DNA of 64,000 bases from assembly GCF_030384885.1 (NCBI RefSeq), contig NZ_CP128613.1, one strand, 5' to 3'. Source of the DNA: Escherichia coli (GTDB taxonomy: Bacteria > Pseudomonadota > Gammaproteobacteria > Enterobacterales > Enterobacteriaceae). A program made the translations under genes and the position numbers. The notes beneath the pieces were generated by a model. The model was not told the origin of the DNA and did no database searches. It saw only the letters and a program-made list of their open reading frames with translations. Below, one piece after another: positions 1 through 12,773 of the stretch. Position 1 is the first letter of the stretch, and each line of letters begins with the position of its first letter.

Positions 1-1
1 T

Positions 2-67
2 TTCACCAAACCAGTCACTGGCGGCTATTATTTCGCGCCGTCGCTGGACAAGTTGATGGCGCTGTAA
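2..67 (+). CDS. 3' end of an upstream gene truncated by the window start (C-terminus ...FTKPVTGGYYFAPSLDKLMAL*); possibly yfeX by synteny
   Basis: Open frame from window edge to TAA at 65-67; convergent with yfeW; identity is inference from K-12 gene order only. Confidence 0.3.
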   Translation, partial: FTKPVTGGYYFAPSLDKLMAL

Positions 68-87
68 GCGCTTCTGATTCGATGATT

Positions 88-125
88 AAAGGCCAGCCAG
101 TATCACAACTGACTGGCCTTTTTAT
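88..125. terminator. Hairpin plus T-tract between the convergent upstream gene and yfeW (likely bidirectional terminator)
   Basis: ggccag...ctggcc inverted repeat followed by ttttt on plus strand. Confidence 0.4.
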
Positions 126-1426
126 TACTGCTTTAACGCCGCATACACCTGATCCACCACCCAACCATAAGTTGCAATCGGTAGCTGACCGCTTTCGAAC
201 ATATTGGGATTTTTTTGTGGATCGGCAACTGGTGAATGTGGCTTGTTGCTTAACATCACAATCGCCATATGATTCACCGGATCGATAACGGTCACCGTCC
301 CGGTCCAGCCAGTGTGACCGTAGGTTTGCGGGCTTGCCAGCGTGCCAAACGTCGGCGTCATGGTGGCATTACCATTCACGCGCCAGCCGAGGCCAAAAGT
401 AGCATCTTCCTTAGAGCTGGTGGTGAACATCTTCACCGTTTCCGCACTGAACAGCGTCACATCACCATAGCCGCCGCCGTTCAGCATCGTTTGCATTAAC
501 ACCGCAATATCGCCGGTATTGGAAAACAAACCTGCGTGCCCGGAAACGCCGCCCATCGAATAAAAGGCTTTTTCATCGTGCACCTGACCCCAGAGAGTGG
601 AGGTGCGGATATTCGGGAAGTGAATCACGCCATCGCGGGTATTGCCGTTCAGTTCCGTGGCGGCAATTTGCTGTGGTTTAAAGCCTTTCAGCAGCGGATT
701 AAACACCGTATGCGTCAGGCCGAGCGGGCGATAAATCGACTCTTCAACATAGCGGTCAAGCGGCTGACCAGTAACTGACTCGACGATAAATCCAAGCAGC
801 ATATAATCGACATCGCTGTAGATATGTTTGCTGCCGGGCTGATATTCCAGCGGCGTGCGCTTGATCATTTCCAGCGTCTGGCCTTTATCCTGGGAATATA
901 ACGCGCCCGCGACGGCTTTATTTGGGTATTGCGGGTCCGCCGGGAAACCGCCGCTGTGATGCAGCAGATCAGAAATCCGCAGCGTGTTTTTGCCTTTGAT
1001 GGTGTCATTTGGACTGTCGGCAAATCCCGGAATATATTTCGCAATCAGATCGTCAGGATGTAGTTTGCCTTCGCTCATTAGCTTTTGTAGGGCGAAGTTA
1101 GTGGCGTACATTTTTGTGTTTGAGGCCAGGTCATACAGCGTCTCGGTGGTTGCTTTTACTGGCTGCTTCATTAACACGCTGCCATCGTACTTTTTCGCCG
1201 CGCCCCAGGCTTTGCGATACACAATCTGATTATCTTTAATGATCAGCAGGTTAACGCTGGGATAACCGGCATCAACTTGCTGGCTAATCCAGCGATCCAT
1301 CTGGTTAAGCCGTTCCACATTGAACCCTGCTTTCTCTGGCGAACTTTCTGTCAGAACAGGGTATTTTGCGGCGCTGACGCTACAGCTGACAGCCAGCAGA
1401 GAAAAATAGAGCATTGTCCGTTTCAT
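125..1426 (-). CDS. yfeW: Penicillin-binding protein 4B / AmpH-like beta-lactamase-fold peptidase
   Basis: 433-aa ORF with signal peptide and beta-lactamase-fold sequence; lies directly downstream of murQ-murP as in E. coli. Confidence 0.8.
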   Translation of the reverse strand: MKRTMLYFSLLAVSCSVSAAKYPVLTESSPEKAGFNVERLNQMDRWISQQVDAGYPSVNLLIIKDNQIVYRKAWGAAKKYDGSVLMKQPVKATTETLYDLASNTKMYATNFALQKLMSEGKLHPDDLIAKYIPGFADSPNDTIKGKNTLRISDLLHHSGGFPADPQYPNKAVAGALYSQDKGQTLEMIKRTPLEYQPGSKHIYSDVDYMLLGFIVESVTGQPLDRYVEESIYRPLGLTHTVFNPLLKGFKPQQIAATELNGNTRDGVIHFPNIRTSTLWGQVHDEKAFYSMGGVSGHAGLFSNTGDIAVLMQTMLNGGGYGDVTLFSAETVKMFTTSSKEDATFGLGWRVNGNATMTPTFGTLASPQTYGHTGWTGTVTVIDPVNHMAIVMLSNKPHSPVADPQKNPNMFESGQLPIATYGWVVDQVYAALKQ

Positions 1427-1428
1427 AA

Positions 1429-2853
<1,425 letters not shown>

Positions 2854-2856
2854 GGG

Positions 2857-3753
2857 TTATTCCTTGTCTAAAACCTGACGAATAAAGCCGCCGTGTTGAT
2901 CCAGGCGTTTTTTAGCTTCTGCGGCATCGAGATTTTTCAGCACCATCACAATGGCCGTTTTGCAGTTGCGCTCGCAGGCAATTAACGCCGCTTCCGCTTG
3001 TTCGGCGTTACATCCGGTGGCGTTTTTAACGATATTGACCTGGCGCACATGCAATTTTTCGTTGGTGGCGACCACATCGACCATCAGGTTGCCGAACACT
3101 TTGCCGGATTTAATCATCAGCCCGGTAGAGAGCATATTGAGCACCAGTTTCTGCGCTGTGCCTGCTTTCATTCGCGAAGAACCGGTAACCACTTCGGCAC
3201 CAACCACCGGAGTAATAGCAAACTCAGCGGTGGTTGAAACGGCGCTCCCCGGATTACAGGAAATGCCCACTGTGCGGCAACCGAGTTGGCGTGCGTATTC
3301 CAGCCCGGCAATCACATACGGAGTGCGACCACTGGCAGCAATACCAACCACCACATCCTGTGCGGTTAAGCCGATATTTTTTAGATCGTTAACGCCACCT
3401 TCCCGGCTATCTTCTGCGCCTTCCACCGCGTGCTGAATGGCATATTCACCGCCAGCAATCAAACCAACCACCAGGCCCGGTTTGACGCCGTAGGTCGGCG
3501 GACATTCGCTGGCATCAAGAATACCCAGACGACCGGAAGTCCCCGCACCGATGTAAATCAGTCGACCGCCGCCGCTTACCTGGGCGTGGATAACATCGAT
3601 CGCTGCGGCGATATCCGGCAGTACACGCTCAACGGCGAGTGGTACGGTTTTATCTTCATCGTTGATAATCCGGCACATTTCCAGCGTTGATACGCGGTCA
3701 ATTTCAGCCGAAGCGGCGTTCGAGCCTTCGGTAATCATCTTTTCAAGTTGCAT
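2857..3753 (-). CDS. murQ: N-acetylmuramic acid 6-phosphate etherase
   Basis: 298-aa SIS-domain ORF recognised as MurQ; upstream of murP. Confidence 0.9.
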   Translation of the reverse strand: MQLEKMITEGSNAASAEIDRVSTLEMCRIINDEDKTVPLAVERVLPDIAAAIDVIHAQVSGGGRLIYIGAGTSGRLGILDASECPPTYGVKPGLVVGLIAGGEYAIQHAVEGAEDSREGGVNDLKNIGLTAQDVVVGIAASGRTPYVIAGLEYARQLGCRTVGISCNPGSAVSTTAEFAITPVVGAEVVTGSSRMKAGTAQKLVLNMLSTGLMIKSGKVFGNLMVDVVATNEKLHVRQVNIVKNATGCNAEQAEAALIACERNCKTAIVMVLKNLDAAEAKKRLDQHGGFIRQVLDKE

Positions 3754-3916
3754 CGGTGGTGACCTTACTATTTACGATCAAATAATTGCAGATGGATGGA
3801 ATCATATATCCCGAATTGACAGACTTAAAGGAATCATTGAGTCTACACTCGCAGAGTGTGAAGAGCGTCATAAGAACTTAAGCGGAATTTTTGCTGCCAG
3901 CCCAGGAGAGTGGAAG

Positions 3917-4774
3917 ATGTTGTACCTGACGAAAATACGCAATGCAGAAAGTGAATTTACCGAGAACGAGCAAAAAATAGCTGACTTTCTGCAGGCTAAA
4001 GTGAGTGAGCTGAAATCCGTCTCTTCGCGCAAGATGGCGAAACAGCTCGGCATCAGCCAGTCGAGTATTGTGAAGTTTGCCCAAAAGCTCGGCGCGCAAG
4101 GATTTACTGAATTGCGTATGGCGTTAATTGGCGAATACAGTGCCAGCCGGGAGAAAACGAATGCCACGGCGCTGCACTTGCACAGTTCGATTACCAGTGA
4201 CGATTCGCTGGAAGTGATTGCCCGTAAACTGAATCGCGAAAAAGAGCTGGCACTGGAGCAAACCTGCGCCTTACTCGATTACGCGCGGCTGCAAAAAATC
4301 ATTGAGGTCATCAGTAAAGCGCCGTTTATCCAGATAACAGGCCTGGGCGGGTCGGCGCTGGTGGGGCGCGATCTTTCATTCAAACTGATGAAAATTGGTT
4401 ATCGCGTGGCCTGTGAAGCCGACACGCACGTACAAGCTACCGTTTCCCAGGCGTTGAAAAAAGGTGATGTACAAATCGCTATCTCTTACAGCGGCAGTAA
4501 AAAAGAGATTTTGCTATGCGCCGAGGCAGCGCGAAAGCAGGGGGCAACGGTGATTGCCATTACTTCACTGACTGACTCTCCGCTGCGGCGGTTGGCACAT
4601 TTCACCCTCGATACCGTTTCTGGTGAAACCGAATGGCGTAGCTCGTCGATGTCCACCCGCACGGCACAAAATTCGGTTACCGATTTACTGTTTGTTGGGC
4701 TGGTACAACTTAATGATGTCGAGTCATTGAAAATGATTGAGCGCAGCAGTGAGCTAACGCAACGCCTGAAATGA
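3917..4774 (+). CDS. murR: RpiR/SIS-family transcriptional repressor of murQP
   Basis: Track ORF 3662..4774 trimmed to ATG at 3917 ([14 protein letters not shown]...), giving 285 aa; divergent from murQ. Confidence 0.8.
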   Translation: MLYLTKIRNAESEFTENEQKIADFLQAKVSELKSVSSRKMAKQLGISQSSIVKFAQKLGAQGFTELRMALIGEYSASREKTNATALHLHSSITSDDSLEVIARKLNREKELALEQTCALLDYARLQKIIEVISKAPFIQITGLGGSALVGRDLSFKLMKIGYRVACEADTHVQATVSQALKKGDVQIAISYSGSKKEILLCAEAARKQGATVIAITSLTDSPLRRLAHFTLDTVSGETEWRSSSMSTRTAQNSVTDLLFVGLVQLNDVESLKMIERSSELTQRLK

Positions 4775-4902
4775 TGCATAAAGCAGCGACTGGATTGAGA
4801 TTTTCCTGAATTAGTGAGCTGATCCGCAGCAATATTTTGTTTATCCTGTATTTTCAGAGGGAATGGAGTGTAACGCTCTGTATTAACAAGGAGAGCATTA
4901 AA

Positions 4903-5694
4903 ATGGGTAAACTCACGGGCAAGACAGCACTGATTACGGGCGCATTGCAGGGAATTGGCGAAGGAATTGCCAGAACTTTTGCGCGTCATGGCGCAAACCT
5001 AATCTTGCTGGATATCTCCCCTGAGATCGAAAAGCTGGCGGACGAACTGTGTGGTCGTGGTCATCGCTGTACGGCGGTTGTCGCCGATGTGCGTGACCCG
5101 ACGTCGGTAGCCGCAGCTATCAAGCGCGCAAAGGAAAAAGAAGGGCGCATTGATATCCTGGTGAATAACGCAGGCGTTTGTCGTCTGGGCAGTTTCCTCG
5201 ATATGAGCGATGAAGATCGCGATTTCCATATTGATATCAATATAAAAGGCGTATGGAACGTCACGAAGGCGGTGCTGCCGGAGATGATTGCCCGCAAAGA
5301 TGGTCGCATTGTGATGATGTCTTCGGTCACTGGCGATATGGTGGCCGATCCGGGCGAAACGGCGTATGCCTTAACGAAAGCGGCGATTGTTGGCCTGACT
5401 AAATCGCTGGCGGTGGAGTACGCGCAGTCTGGTATTCGCGTTAACGCAATCTGCCCTGGATACGTTCGCACGCCAATGGCTGAAAGCATTGCCCGCCAGT
5501 CGAATCCGGAAGATCCAGAATCGGTGCTGACTGAAATGGCGAAAGCAATCCCGCTGCGTCGCCTCGCCGATCCGCTGGAAGTCGGCGAACTGGCGGCCTT
5601 CCTCGCATCCGATGAATCCAGCTATTTAACCGGTACACAGAATGTGATTGATGGCGGCAGCACACTGCCGGAGACGGTTAGCGTCGGCATCTGA
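4903..5694 (+). CDS. ucpA: Short-chain dehydrogenase/reductase (SDR) oxidoreductase
   Basis: Track ORF trimmed to ATG at 4903 preceded by aaggagag RBS; TGxxxGxG Rossmann motif (TGALQGIG); 263 aa. Confidence 0.75.
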   Translation: MGKLTGKTALITGALQGIGEGIARTFARHGANLILLDISPEIEKLADELCGRGHRCTAVVADVRDPTSVAAAIKRAKEKEGRIDILVNNAGVCRLGSFLDMSDEDRDFHIDINIKGVWNVTKAVLPEMIARKDGRIVMMSSVTGDMVADPGETAYALTKAAIVGLTKSLAVEYAQSGIRVNAICPGYVRTPMAESIARQSNPEDPESVLTEMAKAIPLRRLADPLEVGELAAFLASDESSYLTGTQNVIDGGSTLPETVSVGI

Positions 5695-5997
5695 TTCACC
5701 TCTGTTTCCTCCCTGCATGTGTGGGGAGGATTTCGTCTTGAACTAAGTTCACCAGGCTATTTTATTTGTCATTTTGGCCCCGGGCAGTGCTCGAAATCCT
5801 CACGTACTATGTGTACGCTCCGGTTTCTCCGCGCTGTTCGTGTCCAAACTGACTGCAACAATTACGCCTGTTGAACCAAGTTCTTATTCCCTTTTCAACT
5901 TCCAAATCACCAAACGGTATATAAAACCGTTACTCCTTTCACGTCCGTTATAAATATGATGACTAATAGAAAGTCATTTAATTAATAAGGGTGCGCA

Positions 5998-7014
5998 ATG
6001 GCCGTTAACTTACTGAAAAAGAACTCACTCGCGCTGGTCGCTTCTCTGCTGCTGGCGGGCCATGTACAGGCAACGGAACTGCTGAACAGTTCTTATGACG
6101 TCTCCCGCGAGCTCTTTGCCGCCCTGAATACCCCGTTTGAGCAACAATGGGCGAAAGATAACGGTGGCGACAAGCTAACGATTAAACAATCTCATGCCGG
6201 GTCATCAAAACAGGCGCTGGCGATTTTGCAGGGCTTAAAAGCAGACGTTGTCACTTATAACCAGGTGACCGACGTGCAGATCCTGCATGATAAAGGCAAG
6301 CTGATCCCGGCTGACTGGCAGTCGCGCCTGCCGAATAACAGCTCGCCGTTTTACTCCACCATGGGCTTCCTGGTGCGAAAGGGCAACCCGAAGAATATCC
6401 ATGACTGGAACGATCTGGTGCGCTCCGACGTGAAGCTGATTTTCCCGAACCCAAAAACCTCCGGTAACGCGCGTTATACCTATCTGGCGGCATGGGGTGC
6501 AGCGGATAAAGCCGACGGTGGCGACAAAGCCAAAACCGAACAGTTTATGACTCAGTTCCTGAAAAACGTGGAAGTGTTCGATACCGGCGGTCGTGGCGCG
6601 ACCACTACTTTTGCCGAGCGCGGGCTGGGCGATGTGCTGATTAGCTTCGAATCGGAAGTGAACAACATCCGCAAGCAGTATGAAGCGCAGGGCTTTGAAG
6701 TGGTGATTCCGAAAACCAACATTCTGGCGGAATTCCCGGTAGCGTGGGTCGATAAAAACGTGCAGGCCAACGGTACGGAAAAAGCGGCAAAAGCTTACCT
6801 GAACTGGCTCTACAGCCCACAGGCGCAAACGATCATTACCGATTATTACTACCGCGTGAATAACCCGGAAGTCATGGACAAACTGAAAGACAAATTCCCG
6901 CAGACCGAGCTGTTTCGCGTGGAAGATAAATTTGGCTCCTGGCCGGAAGTGATGAAAACCCACTTCAACAGCGGCGGCGAGTTAGACAAGCTGTTAGCGG
7001 CGGGGCGTAACTAA
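5998..7014 (+). CDS. cysP: Thiosulfate/sulfate ABC transporter periplasmic binding protein
   Basis: 338-aa ORF with signal peptide; first gene of the cysPUWA(M) cluster. Confidence 0.9.
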   Translation: MAVNLLKKNSLALVASLLLAGHVQATELLNSSYDVSRELFAALNTPFEQQWAKDNGGDKLTIKQSHAGSSKQALAILQGLKADVVTYNQVTDVQILHDKGKLIPADWQSRLPNNSSPFYSTMGFLVRKGNPKNIHDWNDLVRSDVKLIFPNPKTSGNARYTYLAAWGAADKADGGDKAKTEQFMTQFLKNVEVFDTGGRGATTTFAERGLGDVLISFESEVNNIRKQYEAQGFEVVIPKTNILAEFPVAWVDKNVQANGTEKAAKAYLNWLYSPQAQTIITDYYYRVNNPEVMDKLKDKFPQTELFRVEDKFGSWPEVMKTHFNSGGELDKLLAAGRN

Positions 7015-7847
7015 TGTTTGCAGTTTCTTCCAGACGCGTGCTGCCGGGCTTTACCTTAAGCCTCGGCACCAGTCTGCTGTTTGTGTGCCTGATTTTGCTG
7101 CTGCCGCTCTCCGCACTGGTGATGCAACTGGCTCAGATGAGCTGGGCGCAGTACTGGGAGGTGATCACCAACCCGCAGGTGGTCGCGGCCTATAAAGTGA
7201 CGCTGCTGTCGGCGTTTGTGGCATCGATTTTTAACGGCGTTTTCGGCCTGCTGATGGCGTGGATTTTAACCCGCTATCGCTTTCCGGGCCGCACGCTGCT
7301 TGATGCGCTGATGGATTTACCGTTTGCGCTACCAACGGCGGTAGCAGGTTTAACGCTGGCTTCGCTCTTTTCCGTGAACGGTTTTTACGGCGAGTGGCTG
7401 GCGAAGTTTGATATCAAAGTCACCTACACCTGGCTTGGTATCGCGGTGGCGATGGCCTTTACCAGCATTCCGTTTGTGGTGCGCACCGTGCAGCCGGTGC
7501 TGGAGGAGTTGGGCCCGGAATATGAAGAAGCGGCAGAAACGCTCGGCGCAACGCGCTGGCAGAGTTTCTGCAAAGTGGTGCTGCCGGAGCTTTCTCCGGC
7601 GCTGGTGGCGGGCGTGGCGCTGTCGTTTACCCGTAGTCTCGGTGAGTTTGGTGCGGTGATTTTTATCGCCGGGAACATCGCCTGGAAGACGGAAGTGACG
7701 TCGCTGATGATTTTTGTTCGCTTACAGGAGTTTGATTACCCGGCGGCGAGCGCAATTGCTTCGGTGATCCTCGCTGCATCCCTGCTGCTGCTGTTCTCAA
7801 TTAACACTCTGCAAAGTCGCTTTGGTCGGCGTGTGGTAGGTCATTAA
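7014..7847 (+). CDS. cysU: Sulfate/thiosulfate ABC transporter permease
   Basis: 277-aa membrane ORF; start overlaps cysP stop (taATG). Confidence 0.9.
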   Translation: MFAVSSRRVLPGFTLSLGTSLLFVCLILLLPLSALVMQLAQMSWAQYWEVITNPQVVAAYKVTLLSAFVASIFNGVFGLLMAWILTRYRFPGRTLLDALMDLPFALPTAVAGLTLASLFSVNGFYGEWLAKFDIKVTYTWLGIAVAMAFTSIPFVVRTVQPVLEELGPEYEEAAETLGATRWQSFCKVVLPELSPALVAGVALSFTRSLGEFGAVIFIAGNIAWKTEVTSLMIFVRLQEFDYPAASAIASVILAASLLLLFSINTLQSRFGRRVVGH

Positions 7848-8722
7848 TGGCGGAAGTGACACAGTTGAAGCGTTATGACGCGCGCCCGATTAACTGGGGC
7901 AAATGGTTTTTGATTGGCACCGGAATGCTGGTTTCGGCGTTCATCCTGCTGGTGCCGATGATTTACATTTTCGTGCAGGCATTCAGCAAAGGGCTGATGC
8001 CGGTTTTACAGAATCTGGCTGATCCGGACATGCTACATGCCATCTGGCTAACGGTGATGATTGCGCTGATTGCCCTCCCGGTAAACCTGGTGTTCGGGAT
8101 TCTGCTGGCCTGGCTGGTGACGCGCTTTAACTTCCCCGGACGCCAGTTGCTGCTGACGCTGCTGGACATTCCGTTTGCTGTGTCGCCGGTGGTTGCCGGT
8201 CTGGTCTATCTGCTTTTCTACGGCTCTAACGGCCCGCTCGGCGGCTGGCTGGATGAACATAATCTGCAAATTATGTTCTCCTGGCCGGGAATGGTGCTGG
8301 TCACCATCTTCGTGACCTGTCCGTTTGTGGTGCGCGAGCTGGTGCCAGTGATGTTAAGCCAGGGCAGCCAGGAAGACGAAGCGGCGATTTTGCTTGGCGC
8401 GTCTGGCTGGCAGATGTTCCGGCGCGTCACGCTGCCGAACATCCGCTGGGCGCTGCTTTATGGCGTGGTGCTGACCAACGCCCGCGCGATTGGCGAGTTT
8501 GGTGCGGTGTCGGTGGTTTCCGGCTCGATTCGCGGCGAAACACTTTCGCTGCCGTTACAGATTGAATTGCTGGAGCAGGACTACAACACCGTCGGCTCCT
8601 TTACCGCCGCGGCGCTGTTGACGCTGATGGCGATTATCACCCTGTTTTTAAAGAGTATGTTGCAGTGGCGCCTGGAGAATCAGGAAAAACGCGCGCAACA
8701 GGAGGAACATCATGAGCATTGA
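7847..8722 (+). CDS. cysW: Sulfate/thiosulfate ABC transporter permease
   Basis: 291-aa membrane ORF; start overlaps cysU stop. Confidence 0.9.
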   Translation: MAEVTQLKRYDARPINWGKWFLIGTGMLVSAFILLVPMIYIFVQAFSKGLMPVLQNLADPDMLHAIWLTVMIALIALPVNLVFGILLAWLVTRFNFPGRQLLLTLLDIPFAVSPVVAGLVYLLFYGSNGPLGGWLDEHNLQIMFSWPGMVLVTIFVTCPFVVRELVPVMLSQGSQEDEAAILLGASGWQMFRRVTLPNIRWALLYGVVLTNARAIGEFGAVSVVSGSIRGETLSLPLQIELLEQDYNTVGSFTAAALLTLMAIITLFLKSMLQWRLENQEKRAQQEEHHEH

Positions 8723-9809
8723 GATTGCCAATATTAAGAAGTCGTTTGGTCGCACCCAGGTGCTGAACGATATCTCACTGGATATTCCTTCTGGTCAGAT
8801 GGTCGCATTGCTGGGGCCGTCCGGTTCCGGGAAAACCACGCTGCTGCGGATTATCGCCGGGCTGGAGCATCAAACCAGCGGGCATATTCGTTTCCACGGC
8901 ACCGACGTCAGCCGCCTGCATGCACGCGATCGTAAAGTCGGTTTCGTGTTTCAGCATTACGCGCTGTTCCGCCATATGACGGTGTTCGACAATATCGCCT
9001 TTGGCCTGACGGTGCTGCCGCGTCGCGAGCGCCCGAATGCCGCGGCGATCAAAGCGAAAGTGACAAAATTACTGGAAATGGTGCAGCTTGCCCATCTGGC
9101 GGATCGTTATCCGGCGCAGCTTTCCGGCGGTCAGAAACAGCGTGTGGCGCTGGCGCGCGCGCTGGCTGTCGAACCGCAAATTCTGCTGCTTGATGAACCG
9201 TTTGGCGCGCTGGATGCGCAGGTGCGTAAAGAGCTGCGTCGCTGGCTGCGTCAACTTCATGAAGAGCTGAAATTCACCAGTGTGTTCGTGACCCATGACC
9301 AGGAAGAGGCGATGGAAGTCGCCAACCGCGTAGTGGTGATGAGCCAGGGCAATATCGAACAGGCTGATGAACCCGATCAGGTCTGGCGCGAACCGGCGAC
9401 CCGTTTTGTGCTGGAGTTTATGGGCGAAGTAAACCGCTTGCAGGGAACGATTCGCGGAGGGCAGTTCCACGTTGGCGCACATCGCTGGCCGCTGGGATAT
9501 ACCCCTGCGTACCAGGGGCCGGTGGATCTCTTCCTGCGCCCGTGGGAAGTGGATATCAGCCGCCGCACCAGCCTCGATTCGCCGCTGCCGGTACAGGTGC
9601 TGGAAGCCAGCCCGAAAGGCCACTACACCCAATTAGTCGTGCAGCCGCTGGGGTGGTATGAAGATCCGCTCACCGTGGTAATGCGTGGCGATGATGCGCC
9701 AGTGCGCGGCGATCGTTTGTTCGTCGGGCTGCAACATGCGCGGCTGTATAACGGCGACGAGCGTATTGAAACCCGCGATGAGGAACTTGCTCTCGCACAA
9801 AGCGCCTGA
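8712..9809 (+). CDS. cysA: Sulfate/thiosulfate ABC transporter ATP-binding protein
   Basis: 365-aa ORF with Walker A (GPSGSGKTT) and ABC signature (LSGGQKQR); 11-nt overlap with cysW. Confidence 0.9.
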   Translation: MSIEIANIKKSFGRTQVLNDISLDIPSGQMVALLGPSGSGKTTLLRIIAGLEHQTSGHIRFHGTDVSRLHARDRKVGFVFQHYALFRHMTVFDNIAFGLTVLPRRERPNAAAIKAKVTKLLEMVQLAHLADRYPAQLSGGQKQRVALARALAVEPQILLLDEPFGALDAQVRKELRRWLRQLHEELKFTSVFVTHDQEEAMEVANRVVVMSQGNIEQADEPDQVWREPATRFVLEFMGEVNRLQGTIRGGQFHVGAHRWPLGYTPAYQGPVDLFLRPWEVDISRRTSLDSPLPVQVLEASPKGHYTQLVVQPLGWYEDPLTVVMRGDDAPVRGDRLFVGLQHARLYNGDERIETRDEELALAQSA

Positions 9810-9830
9810 TAGGTTGAGTGAATGTTAAAC

Positions 9831-9864
9831 GCCCGGAGGCGCTTCCCGCGATCCGGGCTTTTTA
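9831..9864 (+). terminator. Rho-independent terminator-like hairpin after cysA
   Basis: gcccgga...tccgggc stem followed by ttttt. Confidence 0.45.
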
Positions 9865-9885
9865 ATGGCAAGGTTTTGTAACCTG

Positions 9886-9920
9886 TAGGCCTGATAAGAC
9901 GGTAAACGTCGCATCAGGCA
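9886..9920. repeat. REP (repetitive extragenic palindrome) element
   Basis: gcctgataagacg...cgtcgcatcaggc palindromic REP-type sequence in the cysA-cysM spacer. Confidence 0.5.
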
Positions 9921-9942
9921 ACACCACGTATGGACAGAGATC

Positions 9943-10854
9943 GTGAGTACATTAGAACAAACAATAGGCAATACGCCTCTGGTGAAATTACAACGAATGG
10001 GGCCGGATAACGGCAGTGAAGTGTGGTTAAAGCTGGAAGGCAATAATCCAGCCGGTTCGGTGAAAGATCGTGCGGCGCTTTCGATGATCGTCGAGGCGGA
10101 AAAGCGCGGGGAAATTAAACCGGGTGATGTGTTAATCGAAGCCACCAGTGGTAACACCGGGATTGCGCTGGCAATGATTGCCGCGCTAAAAGGCTATCGC
10201 ATGAAATTGCTGATGCCCGATAACATGAGCCAGGAGCGTCGCGCGGCGATGCGTGCCTACGGTGCGGAGCTGATTCTGGTCACCAAAGAGCAGGGCATGG
10301 AAGGCGCGCGCGATCTGGCGCTGGAAATGGCAAATCGTGGGGAAGGCAAGCTGCTCGATCAGTTCAACAATCCCGATAATCCCTATGCACATTACACCAC
10401 CACCGGGCCGGAAATCTGGCAGCAAACCGGCGGTCGCATTACCCATTTTGTCTCCAGCATGGGGACGACCGGTACGATTACCGGTGTGTCGCGCTTTATG
10501 CGCGAGCAATCCAAATCGGTGACCATTGTCGGCCTGCAGCCGGAAGAGGGCAGCAGCATTCCCGGCATTCGTCGCTGGCCTGAGGAATATCTGCCAGGCA
10601 TCTTCAACGCTTCGCTGGTGGATGAGGTGCTGGATATTCATCAGCGCGATGCGGAAAACACCATGCGCGAACTGGCAGTGCGGGAAGGGATTTTCTGCGG
10701 TGTAAGTTCCGGCGGCGCGGTTGCCGGAGCACTGCGGGTGGCAAAAGCCAACCCCGGCGCTGTAGTGGTGGCGATCATCTGCGATCGCGGCGATCGCTAC
10801 CTTTCTACCGGGGTGTTTGGGGAAGAGCACTTTAGTCAGGGGGCGGGGATTTAA
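9943..10854 (+). CDS. cysM: Cysteine synthase B (O-acetylserine sulfhydrylase B)
   Basis: 303-aa ORF beginning GTG (MSTLEQTIGNTPLVKL...), PLP lysine motif region. Confidence 0.9.
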   Translation: MSTLEQTIGNTPLVKLQRMGPDNGSEVWLKLEGNNPAGSVKDRAALSMIVEAEKRGEIKPGDVLIEATSGNTGIALAMIAALKGYRMKLLMPDNMSQERRAAMRAYGAELILVTKEQGMEGARDLALEMANRGEGKLLDQFNNPDNPYAHYTTTGPEIWQQTGGRITHFVSSMGTTGTITGVSRFMREQSKSVTIVGLQPEEGSSIPGIRRWPEEYLPGIFNASLVDEVLDIHQRDAENTMRELAVREGIFCGVSSGGAVAGALRVAKANPGAVVVAIICDRGDRYLSTGVFGEEHFSQGAGI

Positions 10855-10856
10855 GA

Positions 10857-11225
10857 TTATTGTGCAGGCACCGTTTTATCCGTCTGCGCAATTAAAGCAT
10901 GTAAAAAAGGTTGCGCGTTTTCATCGCTCTTACCGGGCATCTTCACGATATACGGCTTCCCGGTAATCGATGATGACGAAGCAACCTTATCAATAAATTG
11001 CTCAGCAGTATCAATACGATTACGGGTATTGCCCAGCTTCAGACGCAAATGGGAAACCGCTTCATCGCAGGTATGTTCATCGCCGTTGCGCACAAATATC
11101 AAATCCTTTTTCTGTGCTAATCCCTCCAGCATGGCGTTGATGCGGGCTTCTTCGTGGGCGGTTAACTTCGCGTAAGCGGGGAGTGTCATTAGCAGCGTAA
11201 TGACCAGACAAATGATTTTCTTCAT
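10857..11225 (-). CDS. yfeK: Secreted protein of unknown function
   Basis: 122-aa ORF with N-terminal signal peptide; convergent with cysM with only a 2-nt gap. Confidence 0.65.
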   Translation of the reverse strand: MKKIICLVITLLMTLPAYAKLTAHEEARINAMLEGLAQKKDLIFVRNGDEHTCDEAVSHLRLKLGNTRNRIDTAEQFIDKVASSSSITGKPYIVKMPGKSDENAQPFLHALIAQTDKTVPAQ

Positions 11226-11250
11226 TGAATTACCTTATCCTTGTTTTGTG

Positions 11251-11316
<66 letters not shown>

Positions 11317-11329
11317 GAGAAAAAATTAA

Positions 11330-12181
11330 ATGAGTAGTTTGTTGTTGTTTAACGATAAGAGCAGGGCATTGCAGGCGGATATCGTCGCCGTGCAGTCGCA
11401 GGTAGTGTACGGCAGCGTAGGCAACAGCATTGCCGTGCCTGCTATCAAACAGAACGGCCTGAATGTCTTTGCCGTGCCGACGGTATTGCTGAGCAATACG
11501 CCGCATTATGACACTTTCTACGGTGGTGCGATTCCGGACGAATGGTTTAGCGGTTATTTGCGTGCGCTTCAGGAGCGTGATGCGCTGCGCCAGCTGCGCG
11601 CTGTCACCACGGGCTATATGGGAACGGCATCGCAAATCAAAATCCTTGCCGAGTGGCTGACTGCGCTACGCAAAGACCATCCTGACTTATTGATTATGGT
11701 CGATCCGGTGATTGGCGATATTGATAGCGGAATTTATGTCAAACCTGACCTTCCTGAGGCATACCGACAATATTTACTGCCTCTGGCGCAGGGTATTACG
11801 CCTAATATCTTTGAGCTGGAAATCCTGACCGGTAAAGATTGCCGCGATCTCGACAGCGCCATTGCTGCCGCAAAAAGTCTGCTTTCAGACACATTAAAAT
11901 GGGTGGTGATTACCAGTGCCTCCGGTAACGAAGAAAATCAGGAGATGCAGGTGGTGGTGGTCAGTGCCGACAGCGTGAATGTCATTTCCCATTCTCGGGT
12001 AAAGACGGATCTTAAAGGAACAGGCGATCTGTTTTGCGCCCAGCTTATCAGTGGCTTGTTGAAAGGTAAGGAATTAACTGACGCGGTACATAGCGCGGGA
12101 TTACGCGTGCTGGAGGTGATGCGCTATACCCAGCAGCATGGTAGTGATGAATTGATTTTGCCGCCGCTGACTGAAGCATAA
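11330..12181 (+). CDS. pdxK: Pyridoxal/pyridoxine/pyridoxamine kinase
   Basis: 283-aa ribokinase-fold ORF recognised as PdxK; convergent with crr. Confidence 0.85.
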   Translation: MSSLLLFNDKSRALQADIVAVQSQVVYGSVGNSIAVPAIKQNGLNVFAVPTVLLSNTPHYDTFYGGAIPDEWFSGYLRALQERDALRQLRAVTTGYMGTASQIKILAEWLTALRKDHPDLLIMVDPVIGDIDSGIYVKPDLPEAYRQYLLPLAQGITPNIFELEILTGKDCRDLDSAIAAAKSLLSDTLKWVVITSASGNEENQEMQVVVVSADSVNVISHSRVKTDLKGTGDLFCAQLISGLLKGKELTDAVHSAGLRVLEVMRYTQQHGSDELILPPLTEA

Positions 12182-12210
12182 AAAAATGGCGCCGATGGGC
12201 GCCATTTTTC
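12182..12210. terminator. Bidirectional rho-independent terminator between pdxK and crr
   Basis: aaaaaa-tggcgcc-gat-gggcgcca-ttttt hairpin flanked by A- and T-tracts. Confidence 0.6.
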
Positions 12211-12223
12211 ACTGCGGCAAGAA

Positions 12224-12733
12224 TTACTTCTTGATGCGGATAACCGGGGTTTCACCCACAGTCACGCTACCGGACAGTTTGATCAGTTCTTTGATTTCGT
12301 CCATGTTGGAGATAACAACCGGAGTCAGGGTAGACTTGGCTTTCTCTTCCAGCAGCGGCAGATCGAATTCAATCACGGTATCACCAACTTTCACGCGCTG
12401 ACCTTCTTCAGCAATACGCTTGAAGCCTTCGCCTTTCAGTTCAACGGTGTCGATACCGAAGTGGACGAACAGTTCAACGCCGCTATCAGATTCGATAGAG
12501 AACGCGTGGTTGGTCTCAAAGATTTTACCAATGGTGCCGTCTACAGGCGCGACCATTTTGTTACCAGTTGGTTTGATAGCAATACCATCACCAACGATTT
12601 TTTCCGCAAAAACGACATCCGGCACGTCTTCGATATTGACGATCTCGCCAGAGAGCGGAGCAATGATCTCAATAGTTCCGGTATCCTTCTTGTCGTCGGA
12701 AACCAGAGATTTCAGTTTATCGAACAAACCCAT
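12224..12733 (-). CDS. crr: PTS glucose-specific EIIA component (EIIA-Glc)
   Basis: 169-aa ORF recognised essentially full-length as Crr. Confidence 0.95.
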
Positions 12734-12773
12734 GATCTTCTCCTAAGCAGTAAATTGGGCCGCATCTCGTGGA

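Noticed and set aside
3662-3916. N-terminal 85-codon extension of the murR ORF in the track
   Set aside because: The extension overlaps the murQ start and the divergent promoter; the internal ATG at 3917 gives the expected 285-aa RpiR-family protein.
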